Positions 7,421 to 17,895 of a stretch of 33,815 bases of DNA are shown here, one piece after another; the stretch's first letter is position 1; the number at the start of each line of letters is the position of its first letter. The stretch is taken from assembly GCA_045588795.1 (NCBI GenBank), contig JAZNEY010000031.1:1-33815 (forward strand), given 5' to 3'. The position numbers and the translations under genes are program-made. Source of the DNA: Clostridia bacterium. GTDB taxonomy: Bacteria > Bacillota > Clostridia > Christensenellales > UBA1242. The notes below the pieces were generated by a model that made no database searches, had not been told where the DNA came from, and saw nothing but the letters and a program-made list of their open reading frames with translations.

Positions 7421-9469
7421 ATGGATAAAAAATTTGAACCATTATTTAGACCTTGGAAAATCAAAAATCTTGAAATCAAGAACAGAATAGTTCTTTGCCC
7501 AATGGGTGGAACATCACTTTTCGGTTGGATGGAACCGCACAAGTTTGATGAAGACGCTTCGGATTTCTTTATGAATCTTGCAAAAAACAATGTGGGATTA
7601 TTGATTACAGGAATTACGCCTCTTAGAAATTTAATAGGCGGTCAATGGCTTTATAAAAACCCTAAGCCATTTGAGAAGTTAAAACCATACATGGAAGAGT
7701 TGCACAAAACAGGTGCAAAACTTTTCGTTCAGTTAACTGCAGGGTTTGGCAGGTCATTTTCTATTCCAAACAGCCTTGTTCCTATGCTTAAAAACAAGTT
7801 TCTTGGAACAATGGCAAAGCCAATATTTGATGTTGGCTATCTGTGTGCTTCACCTAGCGAATTGCCATCAAGATGGGCAGAGGGTGTAATGTGCAGAGCC
7901 TTAAAAGTTGAAGAAATTTTAGAGATGGTCAATGCCTTTGCAAAGACTGCAAAATTATGTAAAGAGGCGGGTGTTGATGGTGTTGAAATTCACGCTGTGC
8001 ACGAGGGCTATTTGATTGACCAATTTACAACAAAGTACACCAACCACAGAACAGATGAGTACGGTGGAAGTTTTGAAAACAGATACAGATTTGCAGTGCA
8101 AATAGTAAGAGCAATAAAAGAGGCTTGTGGGGAAGATTACCCAGTATCGCTAAGATATTCGGTTGAGAGCAAAACCAAAGGATTTTGCGAGGGTGCTATG
8201 CCGGGCGAAAAGTATACCGAAGTTGGCAGAGATATGAAAGAGAGTGAAAGGGCAATTAAGTATCTAGAAGAAGCCGGCTACGATATGTTTGATGCAGACA
8301 ACGGAACATATGATGCTTGGTATTGGGCACACCCGCCTGTTTATATGCCAAAGAATTGTAATCTCGCAGATGTTAGCCATATCAAAAAGTTTACAAATGC
8401 TCCGGTTGTTTGTGCGGGTAAAATGGAGCCCGAGGTCGCATCAAAGGCAATTGCAAATGGCGATATAGATGCTATGGGTGTGGCTAGGCAGTTTTTAGTT
8501 GATGGTGAGTGGGTAACAAAACTTATGGAAAATAGGCTCGAGGATATTCAGCCTTGTATCCATTGTCATAATGCCTGTCTTGCAATGAGCCACTATAAAG
8601 GTGTTGCAAACTCTTGTGATATGCAAGATTCAATGCATATGTCAAGATGTGCACTAAATCCAATGACTATGGACGGTGGAAAGTTTGATATGAAACCGGC
8701 AAAGAAATCTAAAAAGGTCGCTGTTATTGGCGGTGGTGTTGGTGGAATGGAGGTTGCAAGAATTGCAACTCTTCGTGGACACAAGGTAACAATTTATGAA
8801 AAAACTGACAGGCTTGGTGGTGTATTTATTCCAGCTTCTGCTCCAAGTTTCAAAGAACAAGATAAAAAACTTATTGAGTGGTACAGGAGACAAATAAAAC
8901 TATTGAACATACCTGTTGTGTTTAATACAGAAGTGAGAGATTTGTCTAAACTTGATGCAGATGAAATTGTTGTTGCAACAGGTGCAAAACCAAGAAAACT
9001 GAACCTAAAGGGTGCAGAAAGATGTATAGAGGCTGTTGATTATCTATATGGCAAGCCTGTGGGCGAAAAAGTGGTCGTTATTGGCGGTGGACAGACCGGA
9101 TGTGAAATAGCCCTCGATTTATTCAATAAGGGCAAAAAACCGGCAATTATTGAGGCGAAACAAGATCTTATGGTTGTTGATGGCCTATGTCTTGCAAACT
9201 CCTCATATTTAAGAGATTTCTTTAAATTGCATAAAGTGCCAGTACTTCTTGAAAGTATGGTTGAAGAAATTACTCCAAATTCTGTAAAGGTGAGAACAAA
9301 GCAAGGGCTTGTAGAGGTTCCGGCTGATGATGTTATTCTTTCAATTGGATATATTCCAGCACCAATTGCAAAAGAGGGTAGAAATGTCCATATCGTAGGT
9401 GATGCTAAAAAGGTTGGAAATCTTAGAACTGTTGTTTGGAGAGCTTGGGAAGTGGCCCAAGAAATTTAA
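7421..9469 (+). CDS. Old-Yellow-Enzyme family Fe-S flavoenzyme (2-enoate reductase-like NADH:flavin oxidoreductase)
   Basis: KNRIVLCPM, EIHAVHEGYLIDQF, NHRTDEYGGSFENR; CIHCHNAC...C Fe-S motif; two Rossmann motifs VAVIGGGVGG and VVVIGGGQTG. Confidence 0.93.
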   Translation: MDKKFEPLFRPWKIKNLEIKNRIVLCPMGGTSLFGWMEPHKFDEDASDFFMNLAKNNVGLLITGITPLRNLIGGQWLYKNPKPFEKLKPYMEELHKTGAKLFVQLTAGFGRSFSIPNSLVPMLKNKFLGTMAKPIFDVGYLCASPSELPSRWAEGVMCRALKVEEILEMVNAFAKTAKLCKEAGVDGVEIHAVHEGYLIDQFTTKYTNHRTDEYGGSFENRYRFAVQIVRAIKEACGEDYPVSLRYSVESKTKGFCEGAMPGEKYTEVGRDMKESERAIKYLEEAGYDMFDADNGTYDAWYWAHPPVYMPKNCNLADVSHIKKFTNAPVVCAGKMEPEVASKAIANGDIDAMGVARQFLVDGEWVTKLMENRLEDIQPCIHCHNACLAMSHYKGVANSCDMQDSMHMSRCALNPMTMDGGKFDMKPAKKSKKVAVIGGGVGGMEVARIATLRGHKVTIYEKTDRLGGVFIPASAPSFKEQDKKLIEWYRRQIKLLNIPVVFNTEVRDLSKLDADEIVVATGAKPRKLNLKGAERCIEAVDYLYGKPVGEKVVVIGGGQTGCEIALDLFNKGKKPAIIEAKQDLMVVDGLCLANSSYLRDFFKLHKVPVLLESMVEEITPNSVKVRTKQGLVEVPADDVILSIGYIPAPIAKEGRNVHIVGDAKKVGNLRTVVWRAWEVAQEI

Positions 9470-9578
9470 TTTATAAAATTTCGTTCATTTTTAGCAAATA
9501 GTTGAGTAAATTTACACTTTCATCTTGAAAATAAAAATTTGTATGTTATAATCCAATCATATTGGAGAGGGAAATACT

Positions 9579-10193
9579 ATGGCAAAAAAGAAAAAACAAG
9601 ATGAGACAAGAGAACTTACAAAAGAAGAACTTTTAGTTGAAGAACAAAAATATCTTTCAAGTAAAAAATGGATAACAAGGGGTTGGCATTTATTTGCTTG
9701 TGCATCAATACTATATTTTTTAAATGGTATGATTGGAAGAAGTGCAATTATGAATTTGCCACAAGAAAAGCCAATAATTGAGCAACTTGATGATTACAGA
9801 GACACAGAAAAATTCAATGATTATATGACAGCGGTACAAAATGAGGCAACAGACAGGCTTATGCGTGGGGAGATAACCGTTGAAGAATATAACTATGTTG
9901 TAGAAACGGTTTCAAGTGATGAAAATTTTGAAAAGTTTTTAAGAAGCCTTGAAGATGATGAAAGAGTTCAAAAGGTTGTGCAAAACTATGATAAATTTAA
10001 ACAGGAATATGTGGCACTTTCAAGAAAACATAGCGGAGTGTCAATTGTTGCATTAAGTTCACTTCTTGTATCAACTTTAATTCTTGGAAAACACAGATTC
10101 AGAGAAGAATCAATAGAAGAGGCAAGAAAGAAAAGGGCAGAGGCAAAAGAAAAAAGAGCAGAAACCAAAGAAGAAAACAGCGAAATGAATTAA
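9579..10193 (+). CDS. Hypothetical membrane protein (two TM helices flanking an acidic helical loop)
   Basis: GGAGAGGG RBS; upstream TTGAAA...TATAAT promoter; hydrophobic segments near aa 37-55 and 153-170. Confidence 0.8.
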   Translation: MAKKKKQDETRELTKEELLVEEQKYLSSKKWITRGWHLFACASILYFLNGMIGRSAIMNLPQEKPIIEQLDDYRDTEKFNDYMTAVQNEATDRLMRGEITVEEYNYVVETVSSDENFEKFLRSLEDDERVQKVVQNYDKFKQEYVALSRKHSGVSIVALSSLLVSTLILGKHRFREESIEEARKKRAEAKEKRAETKEENSEMN

Positions 10194-10196
10194 AAT

Positions 10197-10235
10197 AAAA
10201 CAGTGTTAGTGAATTTCTCACTAGCACTGTTTTTT
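10197..10235. terminator. Bidirectional terminator between convergent genes
   Basis: AAAACAGTGTTAGTGA...TCACTAGCACTGTTTTT. Confidence 0.85.
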
Positions 10236-10247
10236 ACATTTGAAATA

Positions 10248-12032
10248 TTACGAATTAAATTTTTCAATGTTTTCAGCAAGGAACATTCTTTGAAATTTTT
10301 CGTTTGATGAAAATAGGTCATCAAATGTTCCAGAGTCAATTATTTTACCCTCATCTAAGAAGAAGATAATATCAGAATCTTTTATGGTTGAAAGTCTGTG
10401 AGCAACTATTACAATGGTGCTTGTTCCTTTTAGGCTATCAATGCTTTTTTTAACTTCTTCTTGGGCGAAGTTATCAAGAGAGCTTGTTGACTCATCAAAT
10501 AAAATGATTGATGACTTTCTAAGCATTGCTCTTGCAATTGCAAGTCTTTGTTTTTGTCCGCCGGAAAGTTTTATTCCGCTTTCGCCTACCTTAGTTTCAA
10601 TTCCGTTTGGAAGAGAGTTCACAAACTCATCAAGTGAGGCAAGTTTTATTGCCTCAATAACTTCTTTGTCGGTTGCACTTGGCTTAGCAAGAAGTAGGTT
10701 TTCTTTGATTGTCATATCAAAGATATAAGGAAATTGATTTACCAATGAGAACGAAGAACGAAGAGTGTTTTTATCGAGGTTGTTGATGTTAACGCCATCT
10801 ATCAAAACCTCGCCCGAGTCAACCATATTCATCTTAGCGATAAGGTTTAAAATTGTTGATTTGCCAGAGCCCGATTTTCCAACAAATGCAACAGTTGTGT
10901 TTCTCGGTATTTTAAAGTTTAAATCATTGAAAATATGGTTTTCAGAAATAAGTTTCTTTGTGCGTTTTTTGGTCTTTTTGTCTTTTTCGTATTCGTATTC
11001 AAAATATGTGAAAGAGACATTTTTAAACTCTATATCGCCATTAATTTTTTCAAGTGATATGTTTCCAAAACTCTCGGTTACAAATTCATCTTCATCAAAA
11101 AGGGCAAACATTCTGTCAGATGAAACTTTAATGTCTACAAATCTATTTGCAATATTTCCTATGCCCCAAACGATATCATAAATGCTGTGGCGGTTTGAGT
11201 AAACAATCATAAATGTTGCAAGAGTTATAAGACCTTTGTCCATAATAGCGATTGCAAAAATTAATGTGAAAATATTTACAACCTCAATCAGCATATTCCT
11301 AGTACTAAAAAATGTAGTGTCGGTATTGTTGTGCTTAGACATTGCTTTTCTGTACTTGTTGTATGCTTCTTCTGAAACACCAGAAAGTTTTTCTTCAAGA
11401 GCAAGTGATTTAATATCTCTTTCGCTTCTAACAATTTCGGTCGTAAGTGAGGTGATTTTGTCGTTTTCTTTTCGAAGTGCCGAGCGAAGTTTTCTTCTTA
11501 CCTTTACACGAATGAACTCTATTGAGAGTGCCACCGCAATAAGTGCAAGGATAATAATCGACAAATAAATATTAAGTGTTGCGATATAAATAACCATAGC
11601 AATTGAAGTTATAATATCTGCAAACATATCAACGATAGATGCGAGGTTGTCAACTACTCTTTCTGGGTCGTTTACAATCCTTTGAACAAAAGTTCCGGTG
11701 TCGTGAGATGTATAAGTCCTTGAGTTTAACTTGAATGCTTGTTTTGATAAGTCTGCGTTTAGGTTCGCCATAATTTTAACACTGTAATTGTTGTATAGAA
11801 AGCCCGCAGTTATCCAACCAAGCCTACGAACTATGGTAAGAACAAGGCCGACATAAAGTAGTTTAATTGCACCTGAAAAATCAAAAACAGTTATGAGTTC
11901 AACAGTGTCTGCAAACATAATAGTCATTAATATTGAAGCAATGCCAGAAATTAATGTCGCCAAAATGTAAATCGAGATGGCAAGCCAATATTTGCTGAAA
12001 TACTTTTTCAAGCCAAATTTTTTCTTTTGCAT
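10248..12032 (-). CDS. ABC exporter, fused permease and ATPase (MsbA/multidrug type)
   Basis: N-terminal TM domain; Walker A GKSGSGKS, signature LSGGQKQR, Walker B ILFDE, H-loop VAHRL; AGGAGG RBS. Confidence 0.95.
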   Translation of the reverse strand: MQKKKFGLKKYFSKYWLAISIYILATLISGIASILMTIMFADTVELITVFDFSGAIKLLYVGLVLTIVRRLGWITAGFLYNNYSVKIMANLNADLSKQAFKLNSRTYTSHDTGTFVQRIVNDPERVVDNLASIVDMFADIITSIAMVIYIATLNIYLSIIILALIAVALSIEFIRVKVRRKLRSALRKENDKITSLTTEIVRSERDIKSLALEEKLSGVSEEAYNKYRKAMSKHNNTDTTFFSTRNMLIEVVNIFTLIFAIAIMDKGLITLATFMIVYSNRHSIYDIVWGIGNIANRFVDIKVSSDRMFALFDEDEFVTESFGNISLEKINGDIEFKNVSFTYFEYEYEKDKKTKKRTKKLISENHIFNDLNFKIPRNTTVAFVGKSGSGKSTILNLIAKMNMVDSGEVLIDGVNINNLDKNTLRSSFSLVNQFPYIFDMTIKENLLLAKPSATDKEVIEAIKLASLDEFVNSLPNGIETKVGESGIKLSGGQKQRLAIARAMLRKSSIILFDESTSSLDNFAQEEVKKSIDSLKGTSTIVIVAHRLSTIKDSDIIFFLDEGKIIDSGTFDDLFSSNEKFQRMFLAENIEKFNS

Positions 12033-12094
12033 AAATTCCTCCTAAAATATTTTATATACTTTCTGCGAAGATTAAAATGCTGTAAAATTGACAT

Positions 12095-12129
12095 AAAAAA
12101 ACTTCGCAAAGAAAACACGCATGCGAAGT
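12095..12129 (-). terminator. Attenuator terminator in the 5' leader of the ABC exporter
   Basis: Minus strand ACTTCGCA-13 nt-TGCGAAGT followed by a U-run, about 60 nt upstream of the ABC start codon. Confidence 0.75.
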
Positions 12130-12156
12130 CGAAGTATATTTACAACAAAATATATA

Positions 12157-12219
12157 CTAGATGAGATCATTCGCATGACATATTAAGTTGTTAAATCTAA
12201 AGTATCTTGCATTTATCAT
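12157..12219 (-). CDS. Leader peptide MINARYFRFNNLICHANDLI (20 aa)
   Basis: Manual translation. GAGGAGG RBS 8 nt upstream; lies between the promoter and the attenuator terminator; contains CATGCGAA, complementary to the terminator 5' arm. Confidence 0.7.
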   Translation of the reverse strand: MINARYFRFNNLICHANDLI

Positions 12220-12261
12220 GCGTTTGTCCTCCTCTTAAAATTTTTAAATTTAACTACAAAT

Positions 12262-12290
12262 AAAATATCATATGAATTTTCTTTTGTCAA
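12262..12290 (-). promoter_or_regulatory. Promoter of the leader/ABC exporter transcript
   Basis: Minus strand TTGACA-17 nt-TATTTT with an extended TG. Confidence 0.5.
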
Positions 12291-12446
12291 GTGAATACAT
12301 TTTGTTCAAATAAAAAAGTTTTTAGTTTGCAATATTTATTGACACAAAGAACTAAAATTTGCTACACTTATATTAAGTGTTATATATCGTTGTTTTTACA
12401 TATATTTTATTAGCACAATTTACAAAAAAATTAAAAGGAGAAAAGA

Positions 12447-15400
12447 ATGTTAGAAGTCAGAAATTTAGTCAAAACCTATAAATTGACTGAAAAATCTAAA
12501 ACTAAAGAAGTCGTTGCGTTAAACAATGTTTCAATTACTTTTCCAGAAACTGGGCTTATATTCTTGCTTGGTAAATCTGGTTCTGGTAAATCAACACTTT
12601 TAAATGCAATCGGTGGACTTGACACATTTGACAAGGGTGAAATTATCATCAAGGGTAGGTCAAGTAAATCATTCTCTCAAAGCGATTTTGATAGTTACAG
12701 AAATACATTTATAGGTTTCATCTTCCAAGAATATAATGTTTTGGAAGAATTCACAGTTGCTAAAAACCTTGCACTTGCAATTGAACTTCAAGGAAAGGAA
12801 GCAACAAAAGAAAAGGTGAACGAACTGCTTGAAATGGTAGAAATGAAAGAGTTCGCGAAAAGAAAGCCAAACCAATTATCTGGTGGACAAAAACAAAGAG
12901 TTGCGATTGCTCGTGCTCTTATCAAAAATCCAGAAATTATAATGGCAGATGAGCCAACCGGTGCTCTTGACAGCAAAACTGGTAAGCAAGTTATGGATAC
13001 TTTGAAACAACTTTCAAAGACAAAACTTGTAATCATAGTTTCGCACGACAGAGAGTTTGCTGAAATTTATGGCGACAGAATTATTGAGCTTAAGGATGGT
13101 GAGATTCTTCAGGATATCACAAAGAAAGAGGTTGAGGCTGTAAAAACAGCATCAGGTGTTAGTGTTATTGAAAATGAACTTATCCACATCAAGAAAGGTC
13201 AAAAACTTTCAAAAGAGGATATGCAAATAATTTTTGATGCCATTAATGCAAACTCAGAAGAGGGTGATACAATTATTTCACTTTCTGAAAGGGCCAATGC
13301 CGATATGAAGAAGGCAAATGCAATTACAGATGATGGAAATAAAGAAGTATTCCGCAACACAGAAAAAGAAGATGTAAAAACAAAAGAGTATGACCCAAAG
13401 AAATTTAGGCTGATTAAGTCCAAACTTAAATTCAAAGATAGTTTCAAAATGGGAGCAAGCAGTTTAAAACATAAGAAAGGAAAACTTGTGTTTACTATAT
13501 TGCTATCATTTATAGCATTCACAATCTTTGGTGTAATTGATACACTTGCAAGTTTCAACAGACCAAATGCAGTTTGGAGCACAGTTGAAACATTGAATAA
13601 ACCGTATGTAATTTTACAAAAAGGCACAGATTGGGGCGATGGCAGTGCTGCTAAGATGCCTACATCACAAGCAGATAAAGATGCTCTAAAAGAATTATAC
13701 CCAGACATTGAACTTTTAAATGTTCATAGTACGTCAAGTTGGACTTGGTACGGGTCTCCTTGGAGCAATCCTGATATGGCAACAATCAGAAGTAGTGATG
13801 ATCTTGTTACTGATGGAACAATTTTAACAACTCCGAGTGCATCTGGAATTATGTATTTACCAGAAGAATATCTTACAAAGTTCAACCTAACATTGGTTGC
13901 TGGAAGAATGCCTGAAAGAATTGGAGAACTTGCAATTTCAAAAATTGCTTTTGATGGATTTAAGGCATTAAACAACGAAAAGATTACAGAGTATAGTGAT
14001 TTATTGGACCAATATAGCAATGTATATTTTGGCGATAAAAACTATACTGTTGTTGGAATTGTTGATGATGGAACAGACCTAAGTCAATATTCATCAATTT
14101 CAAGTGAAGAGTTGAATGGTAATGACAATCTCAAAAAAGAGATAGTGAAAAAAATTATGTACAACCTAACAAGTATGGCATACATAAGCGAGGCGGAGAG
14201 CAATCTATACGAAGGCAAAATAGGCGACTTCAGTAACTTATATGTTTACAAGGGTGATACAGAACTAACATCTAACTTAACTCTTAGAAAAATCAACTCA
14301 ATTGAAGCAGCGCATAAGGCATATTATGAAGAAGGTTTAGAGTATTATAATTTCTTCTATAAAGGTGGCGAAGTTTATACAAATGGACAATTTGTTGAAC
14401 TTTCAAATGGCCAAATTATTGTTCCATATTCTTGGTTCAAGTCTGGAACAAATGCATTAACAAAATCACAACTAGAAACAAGAATTAACGCAGAAACCCC
14501 ATTCAAAGTTACAATCAAAAAAGAAGATGTTTGGGACAGTGGTTTGGAACAATACTATGATTATGAAAAAGAGTATACTGTTGTGGGTTATTATGACCGC
14601 GACGGATATAGTGCAGGTGCCCCACTTATGTCAGCTAGTGATGCCATATCGCACAATCAAGTATTGGGTGACCGAGGTTATACCGTATTATACGATACAG
14701 ACAAACAACTTCCAGAGGTTTGGGGCAGAGCTTCAACAATTAAAAATGGATATGAATACTCGTTAAGTGTAAAATCTCTATCTGAATGGATTACATCAGA
14801 AGATTCGTGGAATGGCACCGGAATTACATACCTAAAATCTGGAAAAGAAATTTATGCAAATGGTGCAGTAGTTGAACTTGCAGATGATGAAATTATTCTT
14901 CCACAAGATGCGTTAAGCAGTTTAGGAACAGAAGAAGAAATAAAGGCTCAAATCGAAGCGGGACTTACAATTGACATCAAACAAGGCGATTCAAGAAATC
15001 CAAGCCATTGGTTTACATTTAAAGTTGTTGGATACACAAGCAGTTCTGATAAACTATATGTGTCTCCAAAGACTATGACTGATTCTGTTATGCCAAAGGT
15101 TTCAGGAAGTTATATGACACTTGCTGTAATGTCAGATAATGCAGAAGAAAATGAAAAATTTGTTAAAGCGTGTGAAACATATAACGACAATGGTATTAAA
15201 TTTACAGTACAAAACAATGCAACTGAACTTCTTGATCAGTTTGGTGAAATAATTGCAGTACTTTTAACATATATCGTTTGGGTTGGTGTTGGCTTTGCAG
15301 TATTTGCAGCACTACTTCTTATGAACTTTATTTCAACCTCTATTTCTCATAAGAAGAGAGAAATTGGTATTCTTCGAGCACTTGGTGCAAGAAGCAGTGA

Positions 15401-15665
15401 TGTATTTGGAATATTCTTCAATGAAAGTTTTGTTATTGCAATGATTAACTTTGTTTTAGCAACAGTTGCGACATTTGTTGCAAGTGCAGTAATAAGCAAT
15501 GTGCTAATTACAAACCTTGGCATTGATCTTGTATTCCTTTCAACCGGAATCAGACAAATACTATTGATACTTGGTGTAAGTATTCTTACAGCATTCATAT
15601 CAAGTATTATTCCTGTTAACAAAATTGCTAAGAAAAAACCAATTGATGCAATCAATAACAGATAA
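12447..15665 (+). CDS. MacB/FtsX-type ABC transporter, ATPase fused to a permease with a large extracellular domain
   Basis: [30 protein letters not shown]; C-terminal FtsX motif [12 protein letters not shown] with 3 TM helices; AAGGAG RBS. Confidence 0.93.
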   Translation: MLEVRNLVKTYKLTEKSKTKEVVALNNVSITFPETGLIFLLGKSGSGKSTLLNAIGGLDTFDKGEIIIKGRSSKSFSQSDFDSYRNTFIGFIFQEYNVLEEFTVAKNLALAIELQGKEATKEKVNELLEMVEMKEFAKRKPNQLSGGQKQRVAIARALIKNPEIIMADEPTGALDSKTGKQVMDTLKQLSKTKLVIIVSHDREFAEIYGDRIIELKDGEILQDITKKEVEAVKTASGVSVIENELIHIKKGQKLSKEDMQIIFDAINANSEEGDTIISLSERANADMKKANAITDDGNKEVFRNTEKEDVKTKEYDPKKFRLIKSKLKFKDSFKMGASSLKHKKGKLVFTILLSFIAFTIFGVIDTLASFNRPNAVWSTVETLNKPYVILQKGTDWGDGSAAKMPTSQADKDALKELYPDIELLNVHSTSSWTWYGSPWSNPDMATIRSSDDLVTDGTILTTPSASGIMYLPEEYLTKFNLTLVAGRMPERIGELAISKIAFDGFKALNNEKITEYSDLLDQYSNVYFGDKNYTVVGIVDDGTDLSQYSSISSEELNGNDNLKKEIVKKIMYNLTSMAYISEAESNLYEGKIGDFSNLYVYKGDTELTSNLTLRKINSIEAAHKAYYEEGLEYYNFFYKGGEVYTNGQFVELSNGQIIVPYSWFKSGTNALTKSQLETRINAETPFKVTIKKEDVWDSGLEQYYDYEKEYTVVGYYDRDGYSAGAPLMSASDAISHNQVLGDRGYTVLYDTDKQLPEVWGRASTIKNGYEYSLSVKSLSEWITSEDSWNGTGITYLKSGKEIYANGAVVELADDEIILPQDALSSLGTEEEIKAQIEAGLTIDIKQGDSRNPSHWFTFKVVGYTSSSDKLYVSPKTMTDSVMPKVSGSYMTLAVMSDNAEENEKFVKACETYNDNGIKFTVQNNATELLDQFGEIIAVLLTYIVWVGVGFAVFAALLLMNFISTSISHKKREIGILRALGARSSDVFGIFFNESFVIAMINFVLATVATFVASAVISNVLITNLGIDLVFLSTGIRQILLILGVSILTAFISSIIPVNKIAKKKPIDAINNR

Positions 15666-15670
15666 CAATC

Positions 15671-15709
15671 AAAAGGCGACCACAATTAAAAAGTGGTCGC
15701 TTTTGTTTT
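15671..15709 (+). terminator. Intrinsic terminator
   Basis: AAAAGGCGACCAC...GTGGTCGCTTTT followed by T-rich sequence. Confidence 0.8.
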
Positions 15710-15801
15710 GTCTTAAATATAAATTTACAATAAATGGTTTGAAAAACCAACGGGACTTTGTTATAATATATCGTGCTAATACAAATGGCAGAGAGGAAAT
15801 T

Positions 15802-16530
15802 ATGGCGAAAAAGAAACTAGAAAATCAAAAGAAAAGAAAACTTTGGTACAGAGGAATGAAAAAGTTGATGCTAGGAAGATACAAAGAGCCAAAGTTTATA
15901 TATTTAGGTGAAAAAATTGGAAAGAGTGGAATGATTCTTTCAAACCATGAGGGTACAGATGCACCAATGTCGTTAGAGATATATTTAGATGCGCCAATCA
16001 CAATGTGGGGTGCACACGAAATGAACTCTGGACTTATAAAAATGTATAAATATCAAACAAGGGTTTACTATCACGAGAAAAAACATTGGAATTTGCACCT
16101 TGCAAGGTTATTTTGTTTGCTTGCAAGCCCACTGACAAATCTGTTTTACAAAGGGCTTGACCTTATTTCAACCTATAAAGATGCAAGATTTAAAACCACA
16201 TTGAAAGAAAGCATTGAGGCCCTTAAAAAGGGTGATAACATTGTAATTTTCCCAGAAGATTCAAGTGCTGGATATCAAGATGAATTAAAAGGTTTCTTTG
16301 CAGGATTTACAATGCTTGGAGATGTGGCTTTAAAAGAGGGAATGGATATTCCAGTTTATGTTACATACTTTAAAAAGTCGGAAAGAGTTTATATTATTGA
16401 CAAACCAGTTAAATATTCAGTTCTAAAAGAAAAGTACGGAAAGAGAGAAGATATTGCAAAAGCATTGGTTGAAAGATGCAACGAACTTGGGAAGATGGAC
16501 ATGAGCGAACTAGTGCAAATAGAAGAATGA
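15802..16530 (+). CDS. Lysophospholipid/glycerolipid acyltransferase (PlsC-like)
   Basis: NHEGTD (HxxxD variant of the catalytic HxxxxD motif) and IVIFPED (FPEG block). Start moved to ATG 15802, which follows a GAGAGG RBS and a TATAAT box downstream of the terminator. Confidence 0.75.
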   Translation: MAKKKLENQKKRKLWYRGMKKLMLGRYKEPKFIYLGEKIGKSGMILSNHEGTDAPMSLEIYLDAPITMWGAHEMNSGLIKMYKYQTRVYYHEKKHWNLHLARLFCLLASPLTNLFYKGLDLISTYKDARFKTTLKESIEALKKGDNIVIFPEDSSAGYQDELKGFFAGFTMLGDVALKEGMDIPVYVTYFKKSERVYIIDKPVKYSVLKEKYGKREDIAKALVERCNELGKMDMSELVQIEE

Positions 16531-16547
16531 AAATAGAAACACAAAAT

Positions 16548-16577
16548 AAAGAGCGTATCAACCTTGATACGCTCTTT
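16548..16577. terminator. Bidirectional terminator
   Basis: AAAGAGCGTATCAA-cc-TTGATACGCTCTTT. Confidence 0.85.
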
Positions 16578-16594
16578 CTTTTCTTTATAAATAA

Positions 16595-17848
16595 TTATTT
16601 TTTGCAAACTTCATTAATTGCAAGCATTATTCCAAGTTTGCCATATTCATAAGTTAGCCCGCCTTGCATATATGCAGTATATGGTGCAACCATAGGACCA
16701 TCAGCTGAAAGTTCAATGGTTGAGCCTGAAATAAAACTTCCGCCTGCCATAACTTCATCATCTGGGTAGCCCGGCATAGGTGCTGGCTCTGGGGTAACAA
16801 AGCTGTCTATTGGAGAAGCGTGTTGTATTCCGCAACAGAAATTTACAAGATTTTCAGGGGTGTTAAGGTTGATGGTTTGAATAATGTCTGTTCGCTCCTC
16901 ATTTGAAAGAGGGTCAACATCAAACCCAAGTTTTTCAAGACATCTGCTTGCAAATGTCATTGTTTTCATACTTGAACAAACAACGCTTGGTGCAAGGAAT
17001 ATCCCCTTGTAGAATGATAGAAGTTGATTCATATTTGCACCAATATCTTTGCCAATGCAAGGCGCTGAAAATCTTTCAGCAACATCATTTACAAGGTCTT
17101 TTCTGCCAACTACATAACCACCTGTTTTTGCTTCTCCTCCGCCAAGATTTTTCATAAGCGAGCCAATCAAAATGTCTGCGCCAACCTCAGTTGGCTCTTT
17201 TTCCTCAACGAAATCTCCGTAGCAGTTATCAACCATAATTATAACTTCACTGTTAACTTTTCGAATTTCTTTGCAAATGCGTTCAATCTTTTCAATGGTT
17301 AGACTTTTTCTGTGAGAGTAGCCTCTCGACCTTTGAATTTCAACCAGTTTAACGTCTTTTCTTGAAAGCCTTGTGGTTATGGCGGTTGTATCAAAACCAT
17401 CATTTAATAGGTCAATTTGCTCATATTTTACACCATTTGCAATTAGTGAGTTTCTGCTGTCGCCCTCAATTCCAATAACAGTTTTCAGTGAGTCATATGG
17501 GTCGCCAGTGATGGAAATCATTGTGTCGCCGTGTTTTAAAAGCCCAAACAAGGTAAGTGCAAGTGCGTGTGTTCCGCTCATAATTTGTGGTCTTACAAGT
17601 GCGTCCTCTGCGCCAAACACCTCGGCATAAATTCTTTCAAGTTTATCTCTGCCACCATCATAATAGCCATAGCCGGTTATTTCGCCAAAGTCTGTTACAG
17701 CAACATTGTTGTGCTGAAAGGCTTTTAAAACCTTGCTTGACCAATGCATAGCAGTCTTTTCATATTTTTTATAGGTTGGATAAAGCTCGCTTTCTACCTC
17801 TTCTGCAAGGGAAACTATCTTATCATCAATATCATAATCAAAATACAT
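16595..17848 (-). CDS. ynbB: Methionine gamma-lyase family / aluminium-resistance PLP enzyme (YnbB-like)
   Basis: TGYGYYDGGRDKLE, ALVRPQIMSGTHA, IQRSRGY, VDNCYG, GSLMKNLGGG (PLP lysine), IELSADGP, QGGLTY. Confidence 0.92.
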   Translation of the reverse strand: MYFDYDIDDKIVSLAEEVESELYPTYKKYEKTAMHWSSKVLKAFQHNNVAVTDFGEITGYGYYDGGRDKLERIYAEVFGAEDALVRPQIMSGTHALALTLFGLLKHGDTMISITGDPYDSLKTVIGIEGDSRNSLIANGVKYEQIDLLNDGFDTTAITTRLSRKDVKLVEIQRSRGYSHRKSLTIEKIERICKEIRKVNSEVIIMVDNCYGDFVEEKEPTEVGADILIGSLMKNLGGGEAKTGGYVVGRKDLVNDVAERFSAPCIGKDIGANMNQLLSFYKGIFLAPSVVCSSMKTMTFASRCLEKLGFDVDPLSNEERTDIIQTINLNTPENLVNFCCGIQHASPIDSFVTPEPAPMPGYPDDEVMAGGSFISGSTIELSADGPMVAPYTAYMQGGLTYEYGKLGIMLAINEVCKK

Positions 17849-17895
17849 AAAAATTTAACCTCTTTCGTTTGATTTCTTTAAATTATATCACACAT

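Noticed and set aside
7421-9469. Bilirubin reductase (BilR) or bai-operon assignment
   Set aside because: BilR's HGDR motif is absent (HAVHEGY here) and there are no neighbouring bai genes.
10414-11568. Plus-strand ORFs of 104-138 aa
   Set aside because: Antisense shadows of the ABC exporter.
15625-15801. Track's N-terminal extension of the acyltransferase
   Set aside because: Overlaps the upstream gene end, its terminator and the promoter; ATG 15802 has the RBS.
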